DNA from: Eledone cirrhosa
Taxonomy: Eukaryota
Assembly: GCA_964016885.1 (NCBI GenBank)
Contig: OZ024758.1
Coordinates: forward strand, 25,916,001-25,980,000
DNA: 64,000 bases
Direction: 5' to 3'
The position numbers and the translations under genes were made by a program. The notes under the pieces are model-generated. The model had not been told where the DNA came from. It did not search any database and saw nothing but the letters and a program-made list of their open reading frames with translations. Every line of letters begins with the position of its first letter. Position 1 is the stretch's first letter. Of this stretch, positions 38,994 through 53,500 are shown one piece after another.

Positions 38994-39109
38994 TTTTATT
39001 AAGGCTGAATAGTGAGTCTTGTTACTCTGGAGTTTTGCCCGTTTGATTACCTTGTAATAAACAGGAGAAATTCCAGAGTAATAAGACTCACTATTCAGCC
39101 TTAATAAAA
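38994..39109. other. Long hairpin (inverted repeat)
   Basis: 38-bp outer arms with one G-T pair (ttttattaaggctgaatagtgagtcttgttactctgga / tccagagtaataagactcactattcagccttaataaaa), an imperfect inner stem and a ctt loop. Confidence 0.85.
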
Positions 39110-39381
39110 TGAATTTATATATTACTAGCTATAGCCATGTTTGGTGTGACTTTTGCATTCAGAATCATGAGGATTTAATTGTACAATAAACCTTTAAAAA
39201 CAATAAGCAGTGTAAAATAATAGGTCAGGAGGGAATTCTAAATATATATTTTATTAAAGCAAGCATGTTTTTTTGAAGATGGTGAGCAAAGTTTGAAATT
39301 GAGTAAGAAATAGAAGCTTTCACCCTTCGAAACAACACATTTGTACATATATAGTTTCTAATTATATAGTTTCTAATTTCA

Positions 39382-39812
39382 CCCTTTAGCATTCACATTA
39401 CTCTATATATACTATTATATTTTCATGGTAAAGTCTTTACCTCACATAATTATCTCACATAACATTCCCATTACTCTATATATACTATTATATTTTCATG
39501 GTAAAGTCTTTACCTCACATAATTATCTCATAACATTCACATTACTCTATATATACTATTATATTTTCATGGTAAAGTCTTTACCTCACATAATTATCTC
39601 ACATAACATTCCCATTACTCTATATATACTATTATATTTTCATGGTAAAGGTTTTACCTCGCATAATTATCTCACATTATATCGAATGTATGAGATTTTG
39701 AAAGTATTTATTTTGAGAACAATACCTTAACATCTGTTTGAGTGACCAGTTACAGCCAGTTTCAACTGGAAAAGGTAGAGAATTCTGGCCGGTTTGAACA
39801 TTAAAGGGTTAA
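39382..39812 (-). mobile_element. piggyBac-like MITE with an internal 71-73-bp tandem quadruplication
   Basis: ccctttagcatt...aaagggTTAA ends. The unit ttactctatatatactattatattttcatggtaaagtctttacctcacataattatctc occurs 4 times. Confidence 0.7.
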
Positions 39813-39829
39813 ATGGAGAAGGATGGGTA

Positions 39830-39898
39830 ATGTATTGGTGTAATGGTAGCATATTCGTCTGGATAACCAGAGATGTGGATTCGACTCCCATGTACATC
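39830..39898 (+). pseudogene. tRNA-like relic (tRNA pseudogene or isolated SINE head)
   Basis: A box tggtgtaatggtagca, B box ggattcgactccc, and atgta/tacat acceptor-like pairing. The anticodon arm is not canonical. Confidence 0.4.
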
Positions 39899-40137
39899 AA
39901 TACTCATCTTTTTCCATCAGACTAATTTTCTTTAGTCAAACTACAGCAAAAGCTTCTATTTCTAACTCAGTTTTATATATTTTATGTTTTGATTCTAGCA
40001 ACAAACTTGGCTTCACAGAAAATGCGTCAATTTCTCAAATAAATTAAACATTCAATTTATTTATCGCTGACATTGTAATCAACAATTTGGTCAATATTAC
40101 AGTTTGTCAGAATTGTTGTTAATACTGTAAGAAACTA

Positions 40138-40353
40138 GGGCAGTAGATTGGCAGTATTGGTAGAGCGTCGGACATGTTTTATGGCATAGAGTTACGGCCC
40201 TTTACTATCTGAGTTCAAATCCCGCCGAGGTTAGCTTTGCCTTTCATCCTTACGGGGGTTGATAAAATAAAGTACCAGTAATGCACTGGGGTCGATTTAG
40301 TTGACTTTCTCCTCCCCAAAATTGTTGGCCTTGTGGCTAAATCAGAAACCAAT
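40138..40353 (+). mobile_element. tRNA-derived SINE family B, full length with TSD
   Basis: All family motifs are present, and aatactgtaagaaacta is duplicated on both sides (about 40121 and 40351). Confidence 0.85.
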
Positions 40354-41140
40354 ACTGTAAGAAACTATCTGAGGGAATGAAAAAGTCGTTAATGCAAAAA
40401 CTATTATTTCTAAATTAATAGCTGTAATTTACAATACTTAATTACACAGATTCTAAAAACAAATAATATTATTGCCAGGGATTAATACTCTACCTAGTCT
40501 ACAATGTCCCTGTACATTCTGAGTTCAAATCCCATTCGAGGTTCTAGGAACTAAAACCACCCATTTTAAAGGTTTCCAATTTAAATTAAAATCTTCCAGC
40601 ATAATTTTATATAAGAACCATGTTAAGTTAATATCTTAGTAATGAAATAATTGAAGATTTTAGTAAATCTCTTGAAATCCTTCGTTAATTAATATAGTCA
40701 TGAAAGGGTTAAGAAAAAAAGTTACGCTAAAACATTACAATTTACATGTGAAAGAGTTCCTTCTTCAATTATTTGATCTTCTGAAATGAAAGATTTAGTC
40801 TAAAACTGCAACCTCACATATGTGGAGTTATTTGCACTTATAGCATATTTAACTAGTATTAACTTATTTAACTAGTATTAACATAACAGCAGCTTGAAAG
40901 ACTTTTATTTTTCTATCTCAGTAGTTGTCTACCAGACATGTACATGTGCAATAAAAACTATATTTCTGTGTCACGTTTGTTCTCTTTATACTGCTTATAT
41001 TCACCAAACTGCTTCAGACTACTTCTTCCCATCTCTAGTACTTTGTTATTTTCAAGTATGCTTCTCATAAAGAAACTTTACATTTCTTGATAATACTTTT
41101 ATATGTAGCCTTTGATGTTAAGTTTTACATAATATGTCTC

Positions 41141-41379
41141 TTAACCCTTCAGCATTTAAACTGGCTGTATCTGGCCAGAAACCTCTCACCTCCTCTCACC
41201 TCTTTCTGTTCAAGACGGCCATAACTGGCCACTCATACTGACATTAAGGTATTGTTCTCAAAATAAATAACATCAAAATCTTGTAGATTTTATATTATGT
41301 GAGATAATTATGTAATATAAAGCCTTTACCATGAAAATATAATAATATATATAGAGTAATATAAATGCTAAAGGATTAA
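41141..41379 (+). mobile_element. piggyBac-like MITE
   Basis: TTAAcccttcagcattt...aatgctaaaggaTTAA. Confidence 0.75.
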
Positions 41380-41388
41380 AACATCTGT

Positions 41389-41844
41389 TTAACCCTTTAA
41401 CATTTACATTATTCTATACTTATTATTATATTTTCACAGTAAAGGCTCTATTTTACATAATTATATATGTAATATCGAATCTATGAGATTTTGATGTCAC
41501 TTATTTTGAGAACATCATCATCATCATCGTTTAACGTCTATCTTGCATGGGTTAGACAGGAATTGTCCCACTTGAGGTAAGATTGACCGGGTGGCCGTGT
41601 CTCACTCGTATAGGACTATCTGGCAGGTTTTCTACGACTGGATGCCCTTCCTAACACCAACCACATTTACAGTGTGGACTGGGAGCTTTTTACCGTGTTA
41701 CCTACACAACCACATTACAGCGTGGACGTGTTTTTTTTTTTTTTACCTTAATATAGGTGTGAGCAGCCAATTATGGCTGGTTTGAACAGAAAGAGGTGAG
41801 AGAATTCTGGCCGGATTTGACTGGTTTGAATGCTAAAGAGTTAA
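41389..41844 (-). mobile_element. piggyBac-like MITE (inverted) interrupted by an RTE tail fragment at 41513-41730
   Basis: TTAAccctttaacattt...aatgctaaagagTTAA. The insert starts with (CAT)n and matches 37810-38040. Confidence 0.7.
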
Positions 41845-41896
41845 ACTTACTTTAATGGCATTATATGTTTATTTGTTTTGTTTTTTTTTTGTCAAG

Positions 41897-41991
41897 CATT
41901 TGGACTCACATCGATGTTGGGGTTATGAAAAGTCTTGTGACCCCAGCTTACAAATGTCTACACCCCATTGCCCTGAGTCTAGTAATGGATG
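41897..41991 (+). CDS. EOGT: EOGT second coding exon (95 nt, phase 0 to 2)
   Basis: Poly-T tract with aAG acceptor and TG|gtaagc donor. Encodes HLDSHRCWGYEKSCDPSLQMSTPHCPESSNG(W). CWGYEKSC is the EOGT motif (human HLEKLKYCWGYEKSC...GW) and the exon is in frame with exon 1. The ORF track misses this frame. Confidence 0.93.
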
Positions 41992-42209
41992 GTAAGCATG
42001 TCATTTTATCCTCCCAAAATATTTATTGGTATTTTTTAGGGAACATTTTACCAGAGTTAATTACTTGCAGCTCATGAATCATAATTATTCCATAGGTTTC
42101 AGCTCATAATCCACATAATATCAGTATTTATTTCTCACCATTTACACTTCATGGCTTTATGGTTAAGAATTGAGAAGATTATCCAGATATAACAACCTCT
42201 TCAGTGCCT

Positions 42210-45200
42210 TAGACAAGATACCTTGTCCTAACATGTATGCAATCCAGCACCACAGACAAGATACCTCGTCCTAACATGTATGCAATCCAGCACCACAGAC
42301 AAGATACCTCGTCCTAACATGTATGCATTCCAGTGTCACAGACGAGATAACTCATCCTAACATGTATGCATTCCAGCACCACAGACGAGATAACTCATCC
42401 TAACATGTATGCAATCCAGCACCACAGACAAGATACCTCGTCCTAACATGTATGCATTCCAGTGTCACAGACGAGATAACTCATCCTAACATGTATGCAT
42501 TCCAGCACCACAGACAAGATAACTCATCCTAACATGTATGCATTCCAGTGTCACAGACGAGATAACTCATCCTAACATGTATCTCCTCCAGTGCCACAGA
42601 CAAGATAACTCATCCTAACATGTATACACTCCAGTGTCACAGACGAGATAACTCATCCTAACATGTATACACTCCAGTGCCACAGACAAGATAACTCATC
42701 CTAACATGTATACACTCCAGTGCCACAGACGAGATAACTCATCCTAACATGTATACACTCCAGTGCCACAGACAAGATAACTCGTCCTAACATGTATACA
42801 CTCCAGTGCCACAGACAAGATAACTCATCCTAACATGTATGCATTCCAGCACCACAGACAAGATAACTCATCCTAACATGTATGCATTCCAGCACCACAG
42901 ACAAGATAACTCATCCTAACATGTATGCATTCCAGCACCACAGACAAGATAACTCGTCCTAACATGTATGCATTCCAGCACCACAGACAAGATAACTCAT
43001 CCTAACATGTATACACTCCAGTGCCACAGACGAGATAACTCATCCTAACATGTATACACTCCAGTGTCACAGACGAGATAACTCATCCTAACATGTATGC
43101 ATTCCAGTGTCACAGACGAGATAACTCATCCTAACATGTATACACTCCAGTGCCACAGACAAGATAACTCATCCTAACATGTATGCATTCCAGCACCACA
43201 GACAAGATAACTCATCCTAACATGTATGCATTCCAGTGCCACAGACAAGATAACTCATCCTAACATGTATCTACTCCAGTGCCACAGACAAGATAACTCA
43301 TCCTAACATGTATCTACTCCAGTGCCACAGACAAGATAACTCATCCTAACATGTATCTACTCCAGTGTCACAGACGAGATAACTCATCCTAACATGTATC
43401 TACTCCAGTGCCGCAGACAAGATAACTCATCCTAACATGTATACACTCCAGTGTCACAGACGAGATAACTCATCCTAACATGTATACACTCCAGTGCCAC
43501 AGACAAGATAACTCATCGTAACATGTATACACTCCAGTGTCACAGACAAGATAACTCATCCTAACATGTATGCATTCCAGCACCACAGACAAGATAACTC
43601 GTCCTAACATGTTTGCATTCCAGCACCACAGATAAGATAACTCGTCCTAACATGTTTGCATTCCAGCACCACAGACAAGATAACTCATCTTAACATGTAT
43701 GCATTCCAGCACCACAGACAAGATAACTCGTCCTAACATGTATGCATTCCAGCACCACAGACAAGATAACTCATCCTAACATGTATGCATTCCAGCACCA
43801 CAGACAAGATAACTCGTCCTAACATGTATGCATTCCAGCACCACAGACAAGATAACTCATCCTAACATGTATGCATTCCAGCACCACAGACAAGATAACT
43901 CGTCCTAACATGTATGCATTCCAGCACCACAGACAAGATAACTCGTCCTAACATGTTTGCATTCCAGCACCACAGATAAGATAACTCATCCTAACATGTA
44001 TGCATTCCAGCACCACAGACAAGATAACTCATCTTAACATGTATGCATTCCAGCACCACAGACAAGATAACTCGTCCTAACATGTATGCATTCCAGCACC
44101 ACAGACAAGATAACTCATCCTAACATGTATGCATTCCAGCACCACAGACAAGATAACTCATCTTAACATGTATGCATTCCAGCACCACAGACAAGATAAC
44201 TCGTCCTAACATGTATGCATTCCAGCACCACAGACAAGATAACTCGTCCTAACATGTATGCATTCCAGCACCACAGACAAGATAACTCATCCTAACATGT
44301 ATGCATTCCAGCACCACAGACAAGATAACTCATCTTAACATGTATGCATTCCAGCACCACAGACAAGATAACTCGTCCTAACATGTATGCATTCCAGCAC
44401 CACAGACAAGATAACTCATCCTAACATGTATGCATTCCAGCACCACAGACAAGATAACTCATCTTAACATGTATGCATTCCAGCACCACAGACAAGATAA
44501 CTCGTCCTAACATGTATGCATTCCAGCACCACAGACAAGATAACTCGTCCTAACATGTATGCATTCCAGCACCACAGACAAGATAACTCATCCTAACATG
44601 TATGCATTCCAGCACCACAGACAAGATAACTCATCTTAACATGTATGCATTCCAGCACCACAGACAAGATAACTCGTCCTAACATGTATGCATTCCAGCA
44701 CCACAGACAAGATAACTCGTCCTAACATGTATGCATTCCAGCACCACAGACAAGATAACTCATCCTAACATGTATGCATTCCAGCACCACAGACAAGATA
44801 ACTCATCTTAACATGTATGCATTCCAGCACCACAGACAAGATAACTCGTCCTAACATGTATGCATTCCAGCACCACAGACAAGATAACTCATCCTAACAT
44901 GTATGCATTCCAGCACCACAGACAAGATAACTCATCTTAACATGTATGCATTCCAGCACCACAGACAAGATAACTCGTCCTAACATGTATGCATTCCAGC
45001 ACCACAGACAAGATAACTCGTCCTAACATGTATGCATTCCAGCACCACAGACAAGATAACTCATCCTAACATGTATGCATTCCAGCACCACAGACAAGAT
45101 AACTCGTCCTAACATGTATGCATTCCAGCACCACAGACAAGATAACTCGTCCTAACATGTTTGCATTCCAGCACCACAGATAAGATAACTCATCCTAACA

Positions 45201-47397
45201 TGTATGCATTCCAGCACCACAGACAAGATAACTCATCCTAACATGTATGCATTCCAGCACCACAGACAAGATAACTCGTCCTAACATGTATGCATTCCAG
45301 CACCACAGACAAGATAACTCATCCTAACATGTATGCATTCCAGCACCACAGACAAGATAACTCGTCCTAACATGTATGCATTCCAGCACCACAGACAAGA
45401 TAACTCGTCCTAACATGTATGCATTCCAGCGCCACAGACAAGATAACTCATCCTAACATGTATGCATTCCAGCGCCACAGACAAGATAACTCGTCCTAAC
45501 ATGTATGCATTCCAGCACCACAGACAAGATAACTCATCCTAACATGTATGCATTCCAGCACCACAGATAAGATAACTCATCCTAACATGTATGCATTCCA
45601 GCACCACAGACAAGATAACTCATCCTAACATGTATGCATTCCAGCACCACAGACAAGATAACTCATCCTAACATGTATACATTCCAGCACCACAGACAAG
45701 ATAACTCTTCCTAACATGTATGCATTCCAGCACCACAGACAAGATAACTCATCCTAACATGTATACACTCCAGTGTCACAGACAAGATAACTCGTCCTAA
45801 CATGTATGCATTCCAGCACCACAGACAAGATAACTCATCCTAACATGTATGCATTCCAGCACCACAGACAAGATAACTCATCCTAACATGTATGCATTCC
45901 AGCACCACAGACAAGATAACTCATCCTAACATGTATGCATTCCAGCACCACAGACAAGATAACTCATCCTAACATGTATGCATTCCAGCACCACAGACAA
46001 GATAACTCGTCCTAACATGTATGCATTCCAGCACCACAGACAAGATAACTCATCCTAACATGTATGCATTCCAGCACCACAGATAAGATAACTCATCCTA
46101 ACATGTATGCATTCCAGCACCACAGACAAGATAACTCATCCTAACATGTATGCATTCCAGCACCACAGACAAGATAACTCATCCTAACATGTATACATTC
46201 CAGCACCACAGACAAGATAACTCTTCCTAACATGTATGCATTCCAGCACCACAGACAAGATAACTCATCCTAACATGTATACACTCCAGTGTCACAGACA
46301 AGATAACTCGTCCTAACATGTATGCATTCCAGCACCACAGACAAGATAACTCATCCTAACATGTATGCATTCCAGCACCACAGACAAGATAACTCATCCT
46401 AACATGTATACACTCCAGTGTCACAGACAAGATAACTCGTCCTAACATGTATGCATTCCAGCGCCACAGACAAGATAACTCATCCTAACATGTATACACT
46501 CCAGTGTCACAGACAAGATAACTCATCCTAACATGTATACACTCCAGTGTCACAGACAAGATAACTCATCCTAACATGTATACACTCCAGTGTCACAGAC
46601 AAGATAACTCATCCTAACATGTATACACTCCAGTGTCACAGACAAGATAACTCATCCTAACATGTATGCATTCCAGCACCACAGACAAGATAACTCATCC
46701 TAACATGTATGCATTCCAGCGCCACAGACGCGATAACTCATCCTAACATGTATGCATTCCAGCGCCACAGACGAGATAACTCATCCTAACATGTATGCAT
46801 TCCAGCGCCACAGACGAGATAACTCATCCTAACATGTATGCATTCCAGCGCCACAGACGAGATAACTCATCCTAACATGTATCTACTCCAGTGTCACAGA
46901 CAAGATAACTCATCCTAACATGTATACACTCCAGTGTCACAGACAAGATAACTCATCCTAACATGTATGCATTCCAGCACCACAGACAAGATAACTCATC
47001 CTAACATGTATGCATTCCAGCACCACAGACAAGATAACTCGTCTTAACATGTATGCATTCCAGCACCACAGACAAGATAACTCATCCTAACATGTATACA
47101 CTCCAGTGTCACAGACAAGATAACTCATCCTAACATGTATGCATTCCAGCACCACAGACAAGATAACTCGTCCTAACATGTATGCATTCCAGCACCACAG
47201 ACAAGATAACTCGTCCTAACATGTATGCATTCCAGCACCACAGACAAGATAACTCGTCCTAACATGTATGCATTCCAGCACCACAGACGAGACAACTCAT
47301 CCTAACATGTATGCATTCCAGCACCACAGACAAGATAACTCGTCCTAACATGTATGCATTCCAGTACCACAGACAAGATACCTCGTCCTAACATGTG
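42210..47397. repeat. 43-bp satellite, ~120 copies, intronic in EOGT
   Basis: Unit acagacaagataactcatcctaacatgtatgcattccagcacc, with tacactccagtgtc variants. Confidence 0.97.
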
Positions 47398-47539
47398 TGA
47401 ACTCTTTTCCAACAGTTCCTACTTTCAAAGCTAGATGGGGTTACTAGTTCATTGATGTGACGTTTGTCAATCATTCAGATATGTGTTGTTAATAAATGTT
47501 TGTTTTAAAAAATAATCATTTTACTGAAAAAAAAAACCC

Positions 47540-50500
47540 AGCACAGCAACTGTTGCTGTGTAAAATATACACTGCAGTCAACAGAGCAGCTGTAGCTGTG
47601 TAAAATATACACGGCAGTCAACAGAGCAGCTGTAGCTGTGTAAAATATACACTGCAGTCAACACAGCAACTGTAGCTGTGTAAAATATACACTGCAGTCA
47701 ACACAGCAGCTGTAGCTGTGTAAAATATACACTGCAGTCAACAGAGCAGCTGTAGCTGTGTAAAATATACACTGCAGTCAACACAGCAACTGTAGCTGTG
47801 TAAAATATACACTGCAGTCAACACAGCAGCTGTAGCTGTGTAAAATATACACTGCAGTCAACACAGCAGCTGTAGCTGTGTAAAATATACACTGCAGTCA
47901 ACACAGCAACTGTAGCTGTGTAAAATATACACTGCAGTCAACACAGCAACTGTTGCTGTGTAAAATATACACTGCAGTCAACACAGCAGCTGTAGCTGTG
48001 TAAAATATACACTGCAGTCAACACAGCAACTGTAGCTGTGTAAAATATACACTGCAGTCAACACAGCAGCTGTAGCTGTGTAAAATATACACTGCAGTCA
48101 ACAGAGCAGCTGTAGCTGTGTAAAATATACACTGCAGTCAACACAGCAGCTGTAGCTGTGTAAAATATACACTTCAGTCAACACAGCAACTGTAGCTGTG
48201 TAAAATATACACTGCAGTCAACACAGCAACTGTAGCTGTGTAAAATATACACTGCAGTCAACACAGCAACTGTAGCTGTGTAAAATATACACAGCAGTCA
48301 ACACAGCAACTGTAGCTGTGTAAAATATACACTGCAGTCAACACAGCAGCTGTAGCTGTGTAAAATATACACTGCAGTCAACACAGCAACTGTAGCTGTG
48401 TAAAATATACATGGCAGTCAACACAGCAACTGTAGCTGTGTAAAATATACACTGCAGTCAACACAGCAACTGTAGCTGTGTAAAATATACACTGCAGTCA
48501 ACACAGCAACTGTAACTGTGTAAAATATACACTGCAGTCAACACAGCAACTGTAGCTGTGTAAAATATACACTGCAGTCAACACAGCAGCTGTAGCTGTG
48601 TAAAATATACACTGCAGTCAACACAGCAGCTGTAGCTGTGTAAAATATACACTGCAGTCAACACAGCAGCTGTAGCTGTGTAAAATATACACTGCAGTCA
48701 ACACAGCAACTGTAGCTGTGTAAAATATACACTGCAGTCAACAGAGCAGCTGTAGCTGTGTAAAATATACACTGCAGTCAACACAGCAGCTGTAGCTGTG
48801 TAAAATATACACTGCAGTCAACAGAGCAGCTGTAGCTGTGTAAAATATACACTGCAGTCAACACAGCAGCTGTAGCTGTGTAAAATATACACTGCAGTCA
48901 ACACAGCAACTGTAGCTGTGTAAAATATACACTGCAGTCAACACAGCAACTGTAGCTGTGTAAAATATACACTGCAGTCAACACAGCAACTGTAGCTGTG
49001 TAAAATATACACAGCAGTCAACACAACAACTGTAGCTGTGTAAAATATACACTGCAGTCAACACAGCAGCTGTAGCTGTGTAAAATATACACTGCAGTCA
49101 ACACAGCAGCTGTAGCTGTGTAAAATATACACTGCAGTCAACACAGCAACTGTAGCTGTGTAAAATATACATGGCAGTCAACACAGCAACTGTAGCTGTG
49201 TAAAATATACACTGCAGTCAACACAGCAACTGTAGCTGTGTAAAATATACACTGCAGTCAACACAGCAACTGTAACTGTGTAAAATATACACTGCAGTCA
49301 ACACAGCAACTGTAGCTGTGTAAAATATACACTGCAGTCAACACAGCAGCTGTAGCTGTGTAAAATATACACTGCAGTCAACACAGCAGCTGTAGCTGTG
49401 TAAAATATACACTGCAGTCAACACAGCAACTGTAGCTGTGTAAAATATACATGGCAGTCAACACAGCAACTGTAGCTGTGTAAAATATACACTGCAGTCA
49501 ACACAGCAACTGTAGCTGTGTAAAATATACGCGGCAGTCAACACAGTAACTGTAGCTGTGTAAAATATACATGGCAGTCAACACAGCAGCTGTAGCTGTG
49601 TAAAATACACACTGCAGTCAACACAGCAACTGTAGCTGTGTAAAATATACACAGCAGTCAACACAGCAACTGTAGCTGTGTAAAATATACATGGCAGTCA
49701 ACACAGCAACTGTAGCTGTGTAAAATATACACTGCAGTCAACACAGCAACTGTAGCTGTGTAAAATATACACTGCAGTCAACACAGCAACTGTAACTGTG
49801 TAAAATGTACACTGCAGTCAACACAGCAACTGTAGCTGTGTAAAATATACACTGCAGTCAACACAGCAGCTGTAGCTGTGTAAAATATACACTGCAGTCA
49901 ACACAGCAACTGTAGCTGTCTAAAATATACACTGCAGTCAACACAGCAACTGTAGCTGTATAAAATATACACGGCAGTCAACACAGCAACTGTAGCTGTG
50001 TAAAATAGACATTGCAGTCAACACAGCAACTGTAGCTGTGTAAAATATACACTGCAGTCAACACAGCAACTGTAGCTGTGTAAAATATACACGGCAGTCA
50101 ACACAGCAATTGTAGCTGTGTAAAATATACATGGCAGTCAACACAGCAACTGTAGCTGTGTAAAATATACACAGCAGTCAACACAGCAACTGTAGCTGTG
50201 TAAAATAGACATTGCAGTCAACACAGCAACTGTAGCTGTGTAAAATATACATTGCAGTCAACACAGCAACTGTAGCTGTGTAAAATATACACAGCAGTCA
50301 ACACAGCAACTGTAGCTGTGTAAAATATATGCAGCAGTCAACACAGCAACTGTAGCTGTGTAAAATATACATGGCAGTCAACACAGCAACTGTAGCTGTG
50401 TAAAATATACACAGCAGTCAACACAGCAACTGTAGCTGTGTAAAATATATGCGGCAGTCAACACAGCAACTGTAGCTGTGTAAAATATACACAGCAGTCA

Positions 50501-53500
50501 ACACAGCAACTGTAGCTGTGTAAAATATACATAGCAGTCAACACAGCAACTGTAGCTGTGTAAAATATATACGGCAGTCAACACAGCAACTGTAGCTGTG
50601 TAAAATATACATAGCAGTCAACACAGCAACTGTAGCTGTGTAAAATATACGCGGCAGTCAACACAGCAATTGTAGCTGTGTAAAATATATACTGCAGTCA
50701 ACACAGCAACTGTAGCTGTGTAAAATATACACTGCAGTCAACACAGCAACTGTAGCTGTGTAAAATATACACTGCAGTCAACACAGCAACTGTAGCTGTG
50801 TAAAATATACACTGCAGTCAACACAGCAACTGTAGCTGTGTAAAATATACACTGCAGTCAACACAGCAACTGTAACTGTGTAAAATACACACTGCAGTCA
50901 ACACAGCAACTGTAGCTGTGTAAAATATACACGGCAGTCAACACAGCAACTGTAGCTGTGTAAAATATACACTGCAGTCAACACAGCAACTGTAGCTGTG
51001 TAAAATATACACAGCAGTCAACACAGCAACTGTAGCTGTGTAAAATATACACTGCAGTCAACACAGCAGCTGTAGCTGTGTAAAATATACACTGCAGTCA
51101 ACACAGCAACTGTAGCTGTGTAAAATATACATGGCAGTCAACACAGCAACTGTAGCTGTGTAAAATATACACTGCAGTCAACACAGCAACTGTAGCTGTG
51201 TAAAATATACACTGCAGTCAACACAGCAACTGTAACTGTGTAAAATATACACTGCAGTCAACACAGCAACTGTAGCTGTGTAAAATATACACTGCAGTCA
51301 ACACAGCAGCTGTAGCTGTGTAAAATATACACTGCAGTCAACACAGCAGCTGTAGCTGTGTAAAATATACACTGCAGTCAACACAGCAGCTGTAGCTGTG
51401 TAAAATATACACTGCAGTCAACACAGCAACTGTAGCTGTGTAAAATATACACTGCAGTCAACAGAGCAGCTGTAGCTGTGTAAAATATACACTGCAGTCA
51501 ACACAGCAGCTGTAGCTGTGTAAAATATACACTGCAGTCAACAGAGCAGCTGTAGCTGTGTAAAATATACACTGCAGTCAACACAGCAGCTGTAGCTGTG
51601 TAAAATATACACTGCAGTCAACACAGCAACTGTAGCTGTGTAAAATATACACTGCAGTCAACACAGCAACTGTAGCTGTGTAAAATATACACTGCAGTCA
51701 ACACAGCAACTGTAGCTGTGTAAAATATACACAGCAGTCAACACAACAACTGTAGCTGTGTAAAATATACACTGCAGTCAACACAGCAGCTGTAGCTGTG
51801 TAAAATATACACTGCAGTCAACACAGCAGCTGTAGCTGTGTAAAATATACACTGCAGTCAACACAGCAACTGTAGCTGTGTAAAATATACATGGCAGTCA
51901 ACACAGCAACTGTAGCTGTGTAAAATATACACTGCAGTCAACACAGCAACTGTAGCTGTGTAAAATATACACTGCAGTCAACACAGCAACTGTAACTGTG
52001 TAAAATATACACTGCAGTCAACACAGCAACTGTAGCTGTGTAAAATATACACTGCAGTCAACACAGCAGCTGTAGCTGTGTAAAATATACACTGCAGTCA
52101 ACACAGCAGCTGTAGCTGTGTAAAATATACACTGCAGTCAACACAGCAACTGTAGCTGTGTAAAATATACATGGCAGTCAACACAGCAACTGTAGCTGTG
52201 TAAAATATACACTGCAGTCAACACAGCAACTGTAGCTGTGTAAAATATACGCGGCAGTCAACACAGTAACTGTAGCTGTGTAAAATATACATGGCAGTCA
52301 ACACAGCAGCTGTAGCTGTGTAAAATACACACTGCAGTCAACACAGCAACTGTAGCTGTGTAAAATATACACAGCAGTCAACACAGCAACTGTAGCTGTG
52401 TAAAATATACATGGCAGTCAACACAGCAACTGTAGCTGTGTAAAATATACACTGCAGTCAACACAGCAACTGTAGCTGTGTAAAATATACACTGCAGTCA
52501 ACACAGCAACTGTAACTGTGTAAAATGTACACTGCAGTCAACACAGCAACTGTAGCTGTGTAAAATATACACTGCAGTCAACACAGCAGCTGTAGCTGTG
52601 TAAAATATACACTGCAGTCAACACAGCAACTGTAGCTGTCTAAAATATACACTGCAGTCAACACAGCAACTGTAGCTGTATAAAATATACACGGCAGTCA
52701 ACACAGCAACTGTAGCTGTGTAAAATAGACATTGCAGTCAACACAGCAACTGTAGCTGTGTAAAATATACACTGCAGTCAACACAGCAACTGTAGCTGTG
52801 TAAAATATACACGGCAGTCAACACAGCAATTGTAGCTGTGTAAAATATACATGGCAGTCAACACAGCAACTGTAGCTGTGTAAAATATACACAGCAGTCA
52901 ACACAGCAACTGTAGCTGTGTAAAATAGACATTGCAGTCAACACAGCAACTGTAGCTGTGTAAAATATACATTGCAGTCAACACAGCAACTGTAGCTGTG
53001 TAAAATATACACAGCAGTCAACACAGCAACTGTAGCTGTGTAAAATATATGCAGCAGTCAACACAGCAACTGTAGCTGTGTAAAATATACATGGCAGTCA
53101 ACACAGCAACTGTAGCTGTGTAAAATATACACAGCAGTCAACACAGCAACTGTAGCTGTGTAAAATATATGCGGCAGTCAACACAGCAACTGTAGCTGTG
53201 TAAAATATACACAGCAGTCAACACAGCAACTGTAGCTGTGTAAAATATACATAGCAGTCAACACAGCAACTGTAGCTGTGTAAAATATATACGGCAGTCA
53301 ACACAGCAACTGTAGCTGTGTAAAATATACATAGCAGTCAACACAGCAACTGTAGCTGTGTAAAATATACGCGGCAGTCAACACAGCAATTGTAGCTGTG
53401 TAAAATATATACTGCAGTCAACACAGCAACTGTAGCTGTGTAAAATATACACTGCAGTCAACACAGCAACTGTAGCTGTGTAAAATATACACTGCAGTCA

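Noticed and set aside
41865-42077. 70-aa ORF overlapping exon 2
   Set aside because: It is in the wrong frame. The EOGT frame starts at 41897.
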